This document shows, piece after piece, positions 1-9,549 of a stretch of 42,104 nucleotides of DNA. A program made the translations under genes and the position numbers. The notes beneath the pieces are model-generated. The model saw nothing but the letters and a program-made list of their open reading frames with translations. It did not search any database and had not been told where the DNA came from. The DNA is from a virus. Its lineage: Duplodnaviria > Caudoviricetes. The stretch lies in IMG/VR virus record IMGVR_UViG_3300027828_000051, positions 1-42,104 of that record; one strand, 5' to 3'. Position 1 is the stretch's first letter; the number at the start of each line of letters is the position of its first letter.

Positions 1-127
1 TGGTGTTGGGTAGAACAAAGTGCTACTTGCTGATAAATCCGCATCACCTGCATCGACGTGCTGTTGATTAAACATATGACCGTACTTAGCAAAATAGGCC
101 GCATAATTTGACTGAGAAATAGCATTG
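1..127. repeat. 127-bp terminal direct repeat, left copy (assembly overlap of a circular contig)
   Basis: Bases 1-127 are identical to 41978-42104, and the tail-fibre reading frame continues across the junction. Confidence 0.95.
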
Positions 128-612
128 TCAAAAGCTTCCTGTTTATATCCAGCGGCTAATAGTTGAGGATCACCGGAAGTAGGTCGTGTTTCTTTATGCC
201 CAAGATCTGCAACGGCTATTCCGGTTGCAAGATCATCTATTTGAGCCTGTAACCTGTTTGGATCTGTCTCGTCTGAAACGTCGCCATATAAATCAAGAGT
301 GCTTACAGGTATGTAAAGATCTACACCTTGGTAAGTGACATTGGTTATTGAGATCCCGTTCACAATACTTACATTTGTTTTTGAAGAAGCTCCAGTATTT
401 TCTCTGGTGAAGTCAAAGTCAGTTGATTCCACAAGTTGAGTTCCTGTGGCTCCGGAACCAGTCCATATCTGAACAGTGTCCTTATCCATATTTCTTTCTT
501 CAAAATCCATTACTGGATTGTCATTTTCGTCTACAACATTGAAGACGATCTCTTCAGAGTTCTGTACTGCTACAGTTCTAAGGTTTACAATTTGTTTTAC
601 TCTACTGCCCAT
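1..612 (-). CDS. Tail fibre / receptor-binding protein, N-terminal part (continues at 41977..40409; about 726 aa total)
   Basis: ATG at 612 after a GGAGGGG SD. The frame MGSRVKQIVNL... is open to position 1 and reads into MFNQQHVDAG, the start of ORF 40409..42052. Confidence 0.85.
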   Translation of the reverse strand, partial: MGSRVKQIVNLRTVAVQNSEEIVFNVVDENDNPVMDFEERNMDKDTVQIWTGSGATGTQLVESTDFDFTRENTGASSKTNVSIVNGISITNVTYQGVDLYIPVSTLDLYGDVSDETDPNRLQAQIDDLATGIAVADLGHKETRPTSGDPQLLAAGYKQEAFDNAISQSNYAAYFAKYGHMFNQQHVDAGDADLSASSTLFYPTP

Positions 613-1102
613 AATTATCCCCTCCATAAGCTTGATTACTAGTTACGTATATTATTATCTTATCTGCCTTCAATTCAACATATTCTCCCCATGTTCCGTT
701 GGGGTTTTTAAACCTCAAACGAGTTCCATCCCATTCATGTTCTGGAGGTGCTCCTGGCGCTCCTTGAAGTGTTTCTACTTCTGATAATCCTGCTGAGAAC
801 ATATGATTTAGTTGCACTATTTGAGACTTCACATAGCAAACAACATCGCCTGAGATCTCAAAATAAACATCATCATCCCCCACAGTTCTTTGCATCCTTG
901 TTGATGGTCTATACCCCTCAGGAAGTGTAAATATAGTGCCATTATTAGAATTATCTTCTTTGGGAATCCCCTCCACTTTAACAATACCGTCAGCACCTTT
1001 CATAAATCTTAATTTTTCTGTCGTATTATAGTTACACCAATTACCCTTAAATACTGGCTCCCCAGGCTCTCCGACATAATGCCATTCTATGTCATAACTC
1101 AT
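602..1102 (-). CDS. Minor tail protein (fibre-associated)
   Basis: IFTLPEGYRP motif typical of fibre-tip domains, plus the collagen-like QGAPGAPPEHEWDGTRLRFKNPNGTWG segment; lies after the hub gene. Confidence 0.65.
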   Translation of the reverse strand: MSYDIEWHYVGEPGEPVFKGNWCNYNTTEKLRFMKGADGIVKVEGIPKEDNSNNGTIFTLPEGYRPSTRMQRTVGDDDVYFEISGDVVCYVKSQIVQLNHMFSAGLSEVETLQGAPGAPPEHEWDGTRLRFKNPNGTWGEYVELKADKIIIYVTSNQAYGGDNYGQ

Positions 1103-1104
1103 AA

Positions 1105-2454
1105 TTATCCACCATAGTTATCGTCTCCTATATTTGCCGCTCCATAATCTGATGAGCCAGCTGTGGGGTTAAGTTCAAGATGCTTAACTATTGACACTGT
1201 TTCATTCACATCTAAGTTGAAATCTGTAGTTCCAAGTGAGAAAGTAAATGTTTCTCCATTTTCTCCAATCAGTTCAATTTCAATGTTCATCTGTTCTTCT
1301 AAGAACAAATAAAACCTAAACAAGTTAGGACCAAATATTGGAGTTGGAAGATTTAGTTGTATGTACTCATTCAATGATCCAACATCAGTAGTACACTTTA
1401 TTGATCGTCTTCCAGTTAATACTTGTTCGGTTGAAAGTTCTACTGATGTATCATCAACATTGCTTAAGTCCCAGTTGTCAAAGTCATCACATTCTGACAT
1501 TAGCTGCCAGTACTCATCAAATCTGTCTGTCAGTTTGTAGAAGGAAAATGGAAAATCTATTCCTTCTAAATCATCAATCCCCACTCTAGTTTTAGGGTCT
1601 TTGAAACGTTGAAGAACTGCGTTACCAAACTTGTTAATGGTAGTTGTATCCATAAAGTCTGGGAATGTGATTTTCTTATCTCTTATACCATACTTACCTT
1701 GACTGTCAGTATCATTTAAAGTAGTGATGTACTCAGTCTCTTTACTGTCTGCGGATGAAGTTCTCCATAATAAAACTCTGTTTATTATTTTGCTATCATC
1801 ATCTTCTACAGTTGGATTCTGATAGTTAAAGCCTTCAAATATTCCACGGTCTGCTTCTTGAGGAATCTCAGCAAAATTGATTGTTCTTTCGTTATCAATA
1901 AACCATCTGTACTGAGCAGTCTCCCAGTCCTCATTTGCTATCTGGTTGATAGTCTGAATAACTTCAAAAAGACTCTTATCTTCAAACCTTAAATCAGTAA
2001 CTGTAGTTGCTGGAAGATCAATTTTTCCAGCATCATAAAATATGTCTACCTGGTTAAACTCAGGCTCAAGGTCTTCAATAATCTCACTTAATGTGACACT
2101 GTTGTATGTCTTAGTAACAGTTAATAACTTTAACTTGTGCATGAAGCCAAGACACTTCACTTCAAGTTCTGGGTTATCACTTTGAGGCTGAGGAACTGTG
2201 TCTGAGTAACCGGTTGCAAATAGCTCAGCATCTTTGTATACTTCAATGATCAAGCCTGGAAACACGGGAATATTTGTTCTCCTGTCTACAGAGAAAACAA
2301 TTGTGTTTACGCCACCATTTTTGAGTTGTTCAACTGTACATTTTAGTATTTCTCCAGTGTCATCAGTATTTCTTAGGTACTGAATCAGTTGACCTGTTAA
2401 AGAAACAAGCTTAACTGACGTACTAGCAACAGGAGAATAATCTTCTGGGTTCAT
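1105..2454 (-). CDS. Baseplate hub / Tal-like tail protein
   Basis: Follows TMP and Dit. Has a DSQGKYGIR motif typical of hub proteins and a partial CBM-like beta-sandwich at the C-terminus. Confidence 0.7.
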   Translation of the reverse strand: MNPEDYSPVASTSVKLVSLTGQLIQYLRNTDDTGEILKCTVEQLKNGGVNTIVFSVDRRTNIPVFPGLIIEVYKDAELFATGYSDTVPQPQSDNPELEVKCLGFMHKLKLLTVTKTYNSVTLSEIIEDLEPEFNQVDIFYDAGKIDLPATTVTDLRFEDKSLFEVIQTINQIANEDWETAQYRWFIDNERTINFAEIPQEADRGIFEGFNYQNPTVEDDDSKIINRVLLWRTSSADSKETEYITTLNDTDSQGKYGIRDKKITFPDFMDTTTINKFGNAVLQRFKDPKTRVGIDDLEGIDFPFSFYKLTDRFDEYWQLMSECDDFDNWDLSNVDDTSVELSTEQVLTGRRSIKCTTDVGSLNEYIQLNLPTPIFGPNLFRFYLFLEEQMNIEIELIGENGETFTFSLGTTDFNLDVNETVSIVKHLELNPTAGSSDYGAANIGDDNYGG

Positions 2455-3242
2455 ACATAATACCTTTCATAAAACTCAATATCCACATCAGCATCCACAG
2501 GAATATCAATCACTAAAGTGTTATCTCCAATCTGAAAAGGAAAATAACCTGTTCTGTCAGTTATATTCTGTGTCCTATCAAATCCACCGATTGTTAAAGT
2601 TCCAAGTGCACAGTCAATAAGTAACTCGGTTAAAGTCGGTGTTCCTAGCGTATCGTCAACAAGTTGTAAACCTTCCTTTGTCTCATCAATATAGATATCT
2701 AACTGATCAGCAGGATTTGGAACATCAAAAACAAAACTAGGATAAGTAACCAGGTTACCACTATTAGTTATGGGTATATTGTTTATGCCTGTAGTTAAAG
2801 CGTGAGAAGATGTTACAGGATTAACAGCGGTCCAGTAAGCATTAAGCATTTTAATCTTAACTCTGAATGAGCCTGATCTTTTAAAAGCACCATTATCATA
2901 AGGAATCTCAAGATTCATCAAAGCAATGTCGGTTTCTTTCTGGTTTGTTTTATCTCTTAATTTAACAGCTCCTCTCCATTTCTGAATGATATTGTTAAAA
3001 TAAGAATCGAATGTATCATCTTCAGTGAAAACAAAATCCTGAACAAATATCATTTCTCTTGACATAAGTCTTGAGTTTCCAACTAATGTGGCTCCAGACA
3101 AGAATGTTTTTTCAACAATCTTTTGTTCAAAGCCAATCATCTCAGACCCAGCTTTTAAACTGCCCCTTGAGATTGCTGGAACTAAAACACCGTTTAAGCT
3201 CTCAGCGACATCGTTTTCGTCGTATATTTCATATTCTATCAT
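2451..3242 (-). CDS. Distal tail protein (Dit)
   Basis: Directly after the tape measure gene; NSGNLVTYP...GDNTLVI...FYERY pattern of siphophage Dit proteins. Confidence 0.8.
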   Translation of the reverse strand: MIEYEIYDENDVAESLNGVLVPAISRGSLKAGSEMIGFEQKIVEKTFLSGATLVGNSRLMSREMIFVQDFVFTEDDTFDSYFNNIIQKWRGAVKLRDKTNQKETDIALMNLEIPYDNGAFKRSGSFRVKIKMLNAYWTAVNPVTSSHALTTGINNIPITNSGNLVTYPSFVFDVPNPADQLDIYIDETKEGLQLVDDTLGTPTLTELLIDCALGTLTIGGFDRTQNITDRTGYFPFQIGDNTLVIDIPVDADVDIEFYERYYV

Positions 3243-5719
3243 GATGCTATCCTTGTTTTCTGAGCGATCATTCTGGAAACTTCTTCAGCTACCAGTTCTA
3301 TATCCATATCGTCATTTATCTGAGTATCATAAAAGTTAATAGTCATACCAGCACCTGCTCCAGAGGCTGAAGCAATCTGTCTAGAAATATCATTAGGAAT
3401 AACTTGTGAGCCATCAGGTAAAGATACAATCTCACCACCTGCTTCATTCACCTGTACAAGACCACCAGCCATACCTCCAGCTCTTTTCTGGGGTACGAAC
3501 TTCTGTTGACCAATTAAAGCAGTCTGAGCTGTTGCCATACCAGTAGTTAGTCCAGTCATAGTACCAGCAAAGATGGGTCCAGCAATAGGACCAAGTGCAG
3601 CACCAGCTTTCCACCAACCCGCAATTGAACTGGCAGCAGACATCCACACATTAGCAATGTCCAATGCTTTCTGATTCTTAAACTGTTTCTTAGCAAGGGC
3701 GTTACTCTCAGCTAATGCTTTCTCATCAAGCGCTTTTTTCTCTTCATCAAACTGTTCTTGAGTTATTAGACCATCATCAAATCTCTGTTGCAATATGTCC
3801 ATTTCAGCCTGCTGAGCTAGTTCTAATTCAGCCTGCTCATTCTGAAAATGTAAAGAACTTAAACTTGCCCATGAGTCTAGCCCAAAACCTATTACATCCA
3901 TTCCTGTTTGAAACAATGTTCCAAGTGATATTGTAACTTCTTGGAAGGCATCATTCCACAATTCTTTTATAGTCTGTACAGTTGTCTTTGTACTCTCAAC
4001 CGTTTCATCATTACCCTGGTCAATTCCATCCACTAACAGCTGGTTATTACTCAGCATATCACCAATGAAAGCTTCCTGTCCTGTAACCATTTCTCCCCAG
4101 TTGTTTCTAACTCCATCAGATACTGATTGGAAAGATGTCTTAAAAGAAGACTCAATAACCTTTGAACCTTCAACAGCAGACTGAGAAAAGCCTTTAACTT
4201 CATCTACAATTGTCTGACCAATTGCTGCGAAGTTGTCTACGACACCAGTACCAAGATCTTTAAAAGCATCACCTGCGGCTGAAGCCTGTTCTTTAACTTC
4301 ATCCCACGTCTTATCACCTTTCAAGAAATCAAAGAAAGAACCAATAGTCCCACCAGTCTCTTTTATTGCAATAATAAGATTACCAATATTATCTATTAGA
4401 CCAGATATCGACACTCCCATGATTCTCCATATTGAAGTGACACCAGCAGACACGGTTCCTAGTATGTCAAATAAAGCAGTGCTTTCTCCAACAGGTCCCA
4501 TTATCTCTATCATCAAGTCTTTGACCTGTGTAAAAGTAGTGAGGAATATATCTTTCATAACATCAACAACTGGATCTATAAATGCTTTCAATAATTCAAA
4601 AGCACCTGATAAACTCCCAAGAATATTTGCAACTATTTCCATTCCAGAAGCGGAGGTTAAAAATGTTAACATTCCCTGAGCAGCTGTCACAGCACCCTGA
4701 GCTAAATCCTGTTTAAAGAAGTTAGCAATATTGCCTACTACAATTTGGACCTTTTCCATGGCACTTTCAAGAGTGTCATAAACAGAAATCTGTTCAGCAA
4801 AAGCCTCATCTGTTGCTCCAGCTGAGTTTTCCATTTCTTCGAGTATGTTAGCAAACTCTTTACCACCTTCACCAGTTAAAGCAAGTGTACCACGTACAGC
4901 CTCAATTGAAGGTAATAGTTTTGAGAGTTCATCTTTTGATCCACCTGAAGCATTCTCCAAAAATGCTAAAGCACCAGATAAGCCTTCAGTCTCTAACAGA
5001 GCTGAACCTGAGGCAATACCTTGTTCTTCCATCGCAGCTTTCATGTCAGCAGATGGTTTCAAGAATGAGTTTACAATTGCATTTAACTGGGTAGTCGACT
5101 CAGAAGCGTTTACACCCTGCTTAGTCATTGCTGCCATTCCTGATCCGAGTTCTTCGAGTGGGATGTTTAATGATGAGAATAAGGGAATTGATTTACCAAT
5201 GGTAGATGCCAATTGTTCACCGTTGATTTTTCCCTGTTTGATAGTTGTAAAGAATATGTCTGAAGCTTCAGCAGTGCTCATATTTTCTTTACCGTAAGCG
5301 TTCTGAGCGGTCGTCAGTACATCAACTGCAGTAGCTGTGTCTGTAACTGCCGCTTTAGCGAACTTAGCGGAATCTACCGTCACTGCCATTGCTTCATCCA
5401 TATCAGCAGCACCGGCTGAGAATGACTGATACATAGCATCTGTTAACTCAATAGTACTGCCAAGAGCCGGATCTAGCATCAATAAACTCTTTGCCATCTC
5501 CTGACTATTGACTATTGCTTCATCAGTTAAAGTGTTTACATTCCTTAAAGAGACCTGCCAATCTTCAGCTTTTTCTGCTGCTTTGTCAAGAGCAACTGCG
5601 GCTACACCAACTGCAGCTGTGAGGACGCCTAAGCTCTTCCCCATGACTCCAATTCCTTTAGTCCATTTCTTTGTCTGGACACCAGCTGTTGCTACTATTG
5701 CTCCTGCATTAAAAGACAT
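3239..5719 (-). CDS. Tape measure protein (TP901-family)
   Basis: 826 aa, Ala/Gly-rich and helical, with a TP901-like N-terminal core; follows the tail chaperones. Confidence 0.92.
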   Translation of the reverse strand: MSFNAGAIVATAGVQTKKWTKGIGVMGKSLGVLTAAVGVAAVALDKAAEKAEDWQVSLRNVNTLTDEAIVNSQEMAKSLLMLDPALGSTIELTDAMYQSFSAGAADMDEAMAVTVDSAKFAKAAVTDTATAVDVLTTAQNAYGKENMSTAEASDIFFTTIKQGKINGEQLASTIGKSIPLFSSLNIPLEELGSGMAAMTKQGVNASESTTQLNAIVNSFLKPSADMKAAMEEQGIASGSALLETEGLSGALAFLENASGGSKDELSKLLPSIEAVRGTLALTGEGGKEFANILEEMENSAGATDEAFAEQISVYDTLESAMEKVQIVVGNIANFFKQDLAQGAVTAAQGMLTFLTSASGMEIVANILGSLSGAFELLKAFIDPVVDVMKDIFLTTFTQVKDLMIEIMGPVGESTALFDILGTVSAGVTSIWRIMGVSISGLIDNIGNLIIAIKETGGTIGSFFDFLKGDKTWDEVKEQASAAGDAFKDLGTGVVDNFAAIGQTIVDEVKGFSQSAVEGSKVIESSFKTSFQSVSDGVRNNWGEMVTGQEAFIGDMLSNNQLLVDGIDQGNDETVESTKTTVQTIKELWNDAFQEVTISLGTLFQTGMDVIGFGLDSWASLSSLHFQNEQAELELAQQAEMDILQQRFDDGLITQEQFDEEKKALDEKALAESNALAKKQFKNQKALDIANVWMSAASSIAGWWKAGAALGPIAGPIFAGTMTGLTTGMATAQTALIGQQKFVPQKRAGGMAGGLVQVNEAGGEIVSLPDGSQVIPNDISRQIASASGAGAGMTINFYDTQINDDMDIELVAEEVSRMIAQKTRIAS

Positions 5720-6078
5720 TAGTCACTCCCTTTAAGTCTACTAAAAATCGTAGGTTCTTTTCCCCGGTTTTTAATACGGTCAAAGATATTATCTTTTTTC
5801 TTTTTGACATCTTTGACACTTTCCCTGATATGGTCTTTCTGATCATTTACCCATTTCTTGTAAAACTGAAGACCCTTCTTACCACCCTTAGTAGATATAA
5901 TAGCCATTCTTACTGTATCAACTAATTGAAGCTTCTTTACAGTGTCAAGCCTAAACTTTATTTTTGAATACTTATCAATAAAGTAATCTATCTCATTATA
6001 CTCTAGTAGCTCAAGAGCATCTCCTGGCGGTATACCGTATGAACACAGAGACAGTACCGCATCTAACTCTGCTCTTCT
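5719..6078 (-). CDS. Tail assembly chaperone extension (gpT-like), reached by -1 frameshift
   Basis: The -1 frame from the slippery site (RRAELDAVLSLCSYGIPPGDALELL...) is open and continuous with ORF 5719..5907. Confidence 0.75.
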   Translation of the reverse strand, partial: RRAELDAVLSLCSYGIPPGDALELLEYNEIDYFIDKYSKIKFRLDTVKKLQLVDTVRMAIISTKGGKKGLQFYKKWVNDQKDHIRESVKDVKKKKDNIFDRIKNRGKEPTIFSRLKGSD

Positions 6079-6407
6079 TTTTTTATTCCCATAAGTCCAT
6101 TGGCAACGTCTTCACGGATATTTGCCACTTGACCGGGGGTAAAGTTTTTTCTAACCCAGTTGTAGTCAAAATCTTTATATACCCATCCCAGGAACTTCAT
6201 ATTAGCAAGGAATATTTTATCCTGTTCTTTTACTTCTAATTTTTTCTGTTCTTCAACATACTCATTTCCCTTTTTAATTACTGACTCTGCAAAGTCCACT
6301 GAAGGTCTTTCTCTGGGGATGAATATCTTCGTCTCTTTCTTGCCTTCTTCGTCGGGCAGACCCGTTAGTTCAAGGTTAATCTCAATAATATCAGCTGTAA
6401 ACTTCAT
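6063..6407 (-). CDS. Tail assembly chaperone (gpG-like)
   Basis: Between major tail and TMP genes; GAGGAG SD; ends at a slippery run. Confidence 0.8.
   Translation of the reverse strand: MKFTADIIEINLELTGLPDEEGKKETKIFIPRERPSVDFAESVIKKGNEYVEEQKKLEVKEQDKIFLANMKFLGWVYKDFDYNWVRKNFTPGQVANIREDVANGLMGIKKEEQS
6077..6084 (-). other. -1 programmed ribosomal frameshift site A_AAA_AAA_G
   Basis: ATA AAA AAA GAA lies just before the chaperone stop codon, and the -1 frame is open to 5719. Confidence 0.75.
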
Positions 6408-6424
6408 ACATACTCCTCAATATG

Positions 6425-6450
6425 AAGAGGGAAACATAAGCTTCCCTCTT
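6425..6450 (-). terminator. Hairpin after the major tail gene (partial terminator or stabiliser)
   Basis: AAGAGGGAA-N8-TTCCCTCTT; the U-tract on the minus strand is weak. Confidence 0.45.
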
Positions 6451-6461
6451 TTAAAAAATGT

Positions 6462-7385
6462 TTAAACCAACGGGTTAGTAACTGGGTAGTTACTTAGGTC
6501 TTCGTTAGCATTGGTGTCACCGTCCTCAAACGTTCCAGCACTGTAGGACACTTCAACTGAGTTACCTGCAGCAAAAGTTGTGGCTGGCATAGTTAAAGTA
6601 ATCACATTCGTGGCATAGCCAACAGACGTCGGCGCAACAAAGTTACCTTCAACTTTAACACTGAATCTATCGATCTGAGTTGGTCCAGCAATGGCTGTTG
6701 CATTCTCACTTAACGTGATAGTCATCTCTGTTGCCAGAGTAACTTCTGCAGCAGTTGCATAAGGTGCTTCTAAGTCAGGCCATGTGGCAGCAGGAAGATC
6801 TTCTACAGAAGGATCTCCGTAGTAACCAAATACAGACTTATTAGCATATTTTGTTGACTCGGCATCAGTGATCTGACGAGGTTTAAGCATAAGCTCAAAC
6901 GGTAAGTTTCTCTGTGAGTCAGCTCCCCAGTTAATAAGGGCAGCGTTGATTAAGAAAATACCTTTGTAAAAATACATAGTATCTTCGACAGCTTCAGACG
7001 GATTCTGATTTTCAACAGAAGCAATCTTCACTGTATCGGCAACTGTGTCAAGAAGACTTGTGTACAAGTCAGCTTTAAACGTACCGGAGTCAGCACCTTC
7101 TGATCCATTTGAATCAAAAAGATAAGGACAAATGATCTTGAGAAGTTCAGTTTTAATCTCACCGAACGAGCCCGAAATCATCCAATTAGCACCAGTGACT
7201 GTGTGGTCTAAAGCCTTCGTTCCAGTCTGCTGGTAGATGATGTCTTTAATGTCAAGATCAGGACTGAGCTCGGCATCATCGACAGTTTTTCCAAGGTCGT
7301 AACCTTTGTAACCGATCTGAACTACACCTATTGGCCCTTTTACAAGACCTGATCCCCAGTCGGTTAATGCTTTTCCAAAACCCAT
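6462..7385 (-). CDS. Major tail tube protein with C-terminal Ig-like extension
   Basis: Position in the tail module; acidic and beta-rich; Thr/Ala-rich Ig-like C-terminal region. Confidence 0.8.
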   Translation of the reverse strand: MGFGKALTDWGSGLVKGPIGVVQIGYKGYDLGKTVDDAELSPDLDIKDIIYQQTGTKALDHTVTGANWMISGSFGEIKTELLKIICPYLFDSNGSEGADSGTFKADLYTSLLDTVADTVKIASVENQNPSEAVEDTMYFYKGIFLINAALINWGADSQRNLPFELMLKPRQITDAESTKYANKSVFGYYGDPSVEDLPAATWPDLEAPYATAAEVTLATEMTITLSENATAIAGPTQIDRFSVKVEGNFVAPTSVGYATNVITLTMPATTFAAGNSVEVSYSAGTFEDGDTNANEDLSNYPVTNPLV

Positions 7386-7778
7386 TTACTCCTCCTTGGT
7401 AGTAATCTGGTAATTAACGGACCACATGTGCAATCCATTGTTGTCAGTCCCGAGATACCCGGGAATCTGTAATGGCAAGATACTGCTAGCAATAACAGCG
7501 GGATAAGTAGTTCCCTTGACTGTTATTTCTGGTAATACAATATCGAACCTATTCTTAAGAAGAGAATGAACCTCTTCAATAAGTTCTTTTGACGTGACAG
7601 AGTCATTGGCCTTAGAAACAAATTGTACAGTATTGTCTACCTTCAACCCTCTTGACCTGTCATCTCCACCCGAGCCGTTTAACACAACTCTGTCTCCAGT
7701 ACTTTCTGGATTCTCACCATTAGTTACTGGAACAATTGATGAGTTATTACTAACATATTTAGAAAGGTTATATGTCAT
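7386..7778 (-). CDS. Tail terminator / completion protein
   Basis: Synteny; PGYLGTDNNGLHMWSVNY motif typical of this family. Confidence 0.7.
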   Translation of the reverse strand: MTYNLSKYVSNNSSIVPVTNGENPESTGDRVVLNGSGGDDRSRGLKVDNTVQFVSKANDSVTSKELIEEVHSLLKNRFDIVLPEITVKGTTYPAVIASSILPLQIPGYLGTDNNGLHMWSVNYQITTKEE

Positions 7779-8239
7779 TATGTCCCAAGCTCCTTTTTAA
7801 CTGTTTTAGCAGTCATTTCCATAAGTGCATCGCGATCAGCCCTTATATGTTTTTCAAGCCATTTATTACCAGCATCGCCATCCCTCTCAGAATGTTCTCC
7901 AGGCTGATAATCAGTTTCATGCATATTAGTTGCATATTCAGCATTCCATCCCCAGGTCAAAGTAAATGGCTTTTCACTATGTGACCTGTTTGCTTCTCTG
8001 TTGTCTTCCTGTTCATATGCTCCTAGCAATTTATTACCTAGGAACACTGAACTTGAACCTCTTAAAAATCCCCATTTTATTGGTGGTTTTCTCGATTCTC
8101 TTGAGCTTCCATTGTTTGCCCAGTCTAGGAATGTGAGACCCGCAATTGCCATAGCCTTTTCAAAAGCAGCAGGAGACTTACGAGCTAACTTCTTGATGTT
8201 TCTTTCAACTTCTTTAAAGTTCGTTCCTAGCTTAAACAC
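7778..8239 (-). CDS. Tail completion protein (HK97 gp10-like)
   Basis: P..WGFLRGS, EYATNMHE and KWLE motifs; likely GTG start at 8239 after GAGGTG. Confidence 0.7.
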   Translation of the reverse strand: MFKLGTNFKEVERNIKKLARKSPAAFEKAMAIAGLTFLDWANNGSSRESRKPPIKWGFLRGSSSVFLGNKLLGAYEQEDNREANRSHSEKPFTLTWGWNAEYATNMHETDYQPGEHSERDGDAGNKWLEKHIRADRDALMEMTAKTVKKELGT

Positions 8240-8549
8240 TGTAAATATACACCTCAATATGATGTGGTTTATATCTCCCTAAAATGAAGACTTCATCCAC
8301 ATTAGCATAATCTTCTGTAACAGTCTTTCCTCTACGTTTAGTAGTTCTGATCCTGTCACCTTTGTTGATAGAAGTACTTGGGGGAAGAATGTATAGTCTT
8401 TTGTAAGCAACATTACTTCCAGTATTACTTTTCTTAACTGTGTCTTCAGTCTCTTCTCTACACTTCGTATTGACTGCAGTCCCGAGTGTCTCATTTCCAA
8501 ATTGACTGTCCCGAGTAATCGGTAATATATCACATCTGTCAGTATACAT
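8232..8549 (-). CDS. Head closure / stopper protein
   Basis: ATG at 8549 after GAGGGAG; DSQFGNE and INKGDRI...HHIEV pattern; synteny. Confidence 0.65.
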   Translation of the reverse strand: MYTDRCDILPITRDSQFGNETLGTAVNTKCREETEDTVKKSNTGSNVAYKRLYILPPSTSINKGDRIRTTKRRGKTVTEDYANVDEVFILGRYKPHHIEVYIYSV

Positions 8550-8550
8550 C

Positions 8551-9549
8551 TTACTCCCTCTCATCAACTGGAATAAATGATTTAGGTCCAGGAGGTGTTT
8601 TTGATTTTCCCTTACTAAATGCTTCCCATTTATCAAGTCCTCCATCAGCCTCAAGTCCCTCTACAAATACGGGGAACATCAAGTGTAAACAATTAACATG
8701 GAAAGGACTCATTGTTTCAAGTGGTGGAAACCTATTATCTTTACCACCGACACTATAAACTTTACCTTCATACTTCTGACAGATCTCAGAAACCGTATTA
8801 TGGTTTGAGACCTTTAAAAGTGAAGTTCCATAGTTCCCCGCTGTTGCTACTGCAGCGAACGATTGAGCCTCATGGAACTTAACTCTTGTAACCATTTCAG
8901 CATAATAGTTAGGACTATACTTTCGAGATCCAGCAACTACGTATTTCTGTCCATCAACTATATCAGCCAGCTCATTCAATGTTCCAGCTAATGTGTTTGA
9001 CAAATTGAGTGATTTGTAGAACTTGTTATTCATCAAGTTACCTGACTCAATTGCCTTTACAACAGAAGCATCTATAAACGATTCCTGTAGAATCAGTTGC
9101 TGTGTCTTCCTTGTAAGTCTGTTAATTCCCGATTGACCTTTAGTCAGAGCTTCAATCCAGTCCTGTATAGCATCTTTCACAAGTACAGACTGAATCTTAT
9201 TAGATCTAGGACTTGTTACCAAGTCACTATACGATCTCTTTGCTCTTCGTGCTATTTCCTTATTCCTGTTCAGGTTGTCGAAAATAAAACGCATAGAAGA
9301 GCGGTAGGCGGCCGGTATACCCTTTTTTGCCCACTTGCTATATATAACCTTCATTTCATTGTACTGTTTGTTTATGCCTTTCCTAACGTTCCTCCAGTAC
9401 TTTGCTGAGAAATTAGGTTTAGAATAAGCATCAATCAAGATTGCTGATATCTTGTCAGATCTTATTTGTAACTTTGCGTCTAACACAGCAATACTTTTCT
9501 TCATGTCCTTTTCAAAATTGCTGTGAGGACCTCCGATTTTAATTGCCAT
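8551..9549 (-). CDS. Minor capsid / head morphogenesis protein (SPP1 gp7 / Mu F-like)
   Basis: YAEMVTR, C...EGKVYS and PFHVNCLH motifs. Confidence 0.8.
   Translation of the reverse strand: MAIKIGGPHSNFEKDMKKSIAVLDAKLQIRSDKISAILIDAYSKPNFSAKYWRNVRKGINKQYNEMKVIYSKWAKKGIPAAYRSSMRFIFDNLNRNKEIARRAKRSYSDLVTSPRSNKIQSVLVKDAIQDWIEALTKGQSGINRLTRKTQQLILQESFIDASVVKAIESGNLMNNKFYKSLNLSNTLAGTLNELADIVDGQKYVVAGSRKYSPNYYAEMVTRVKFHEAQSFAAVATAGNYGTSLLKVSNHNTVSEICQKYEGKVYSVGGKDNRFPPLETMSPFHVNCLHLMFPVFVEGLEADGGLDKWEAFSKGKSKTPPGPKSFIPVDERE

Noticed and set aside
1-127. Terminal repeat as a biological DTR
   Set aside because: It lies in the middle of a coding frame, and 127 is a common assembler k-mer length, so it is best read as a circular overlap.
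602-1125. Similar C-termini GDDNYGG and GGDNYGQ in adjacent tail genes as a protein motif or recombination site
   Set aside because: Both arise from overlap with the next gene's GGAG/GGTGG-GATAATT-ATG initiation region; polA ends similarly (GNYYG).
1149-1157. Other CTGATGA matches (also near 21973, 26648, 29288, 34092) as hammerheads
   Set aside because: All lie inside coding sequence without a stem II / GAAA / stem III arrangement.
4233-5297. Long antisense ORFs opposite the tape measure and other genes
   Set aside because: These are shadow ORFs from codon bias, with no SD or recognisable motifs.
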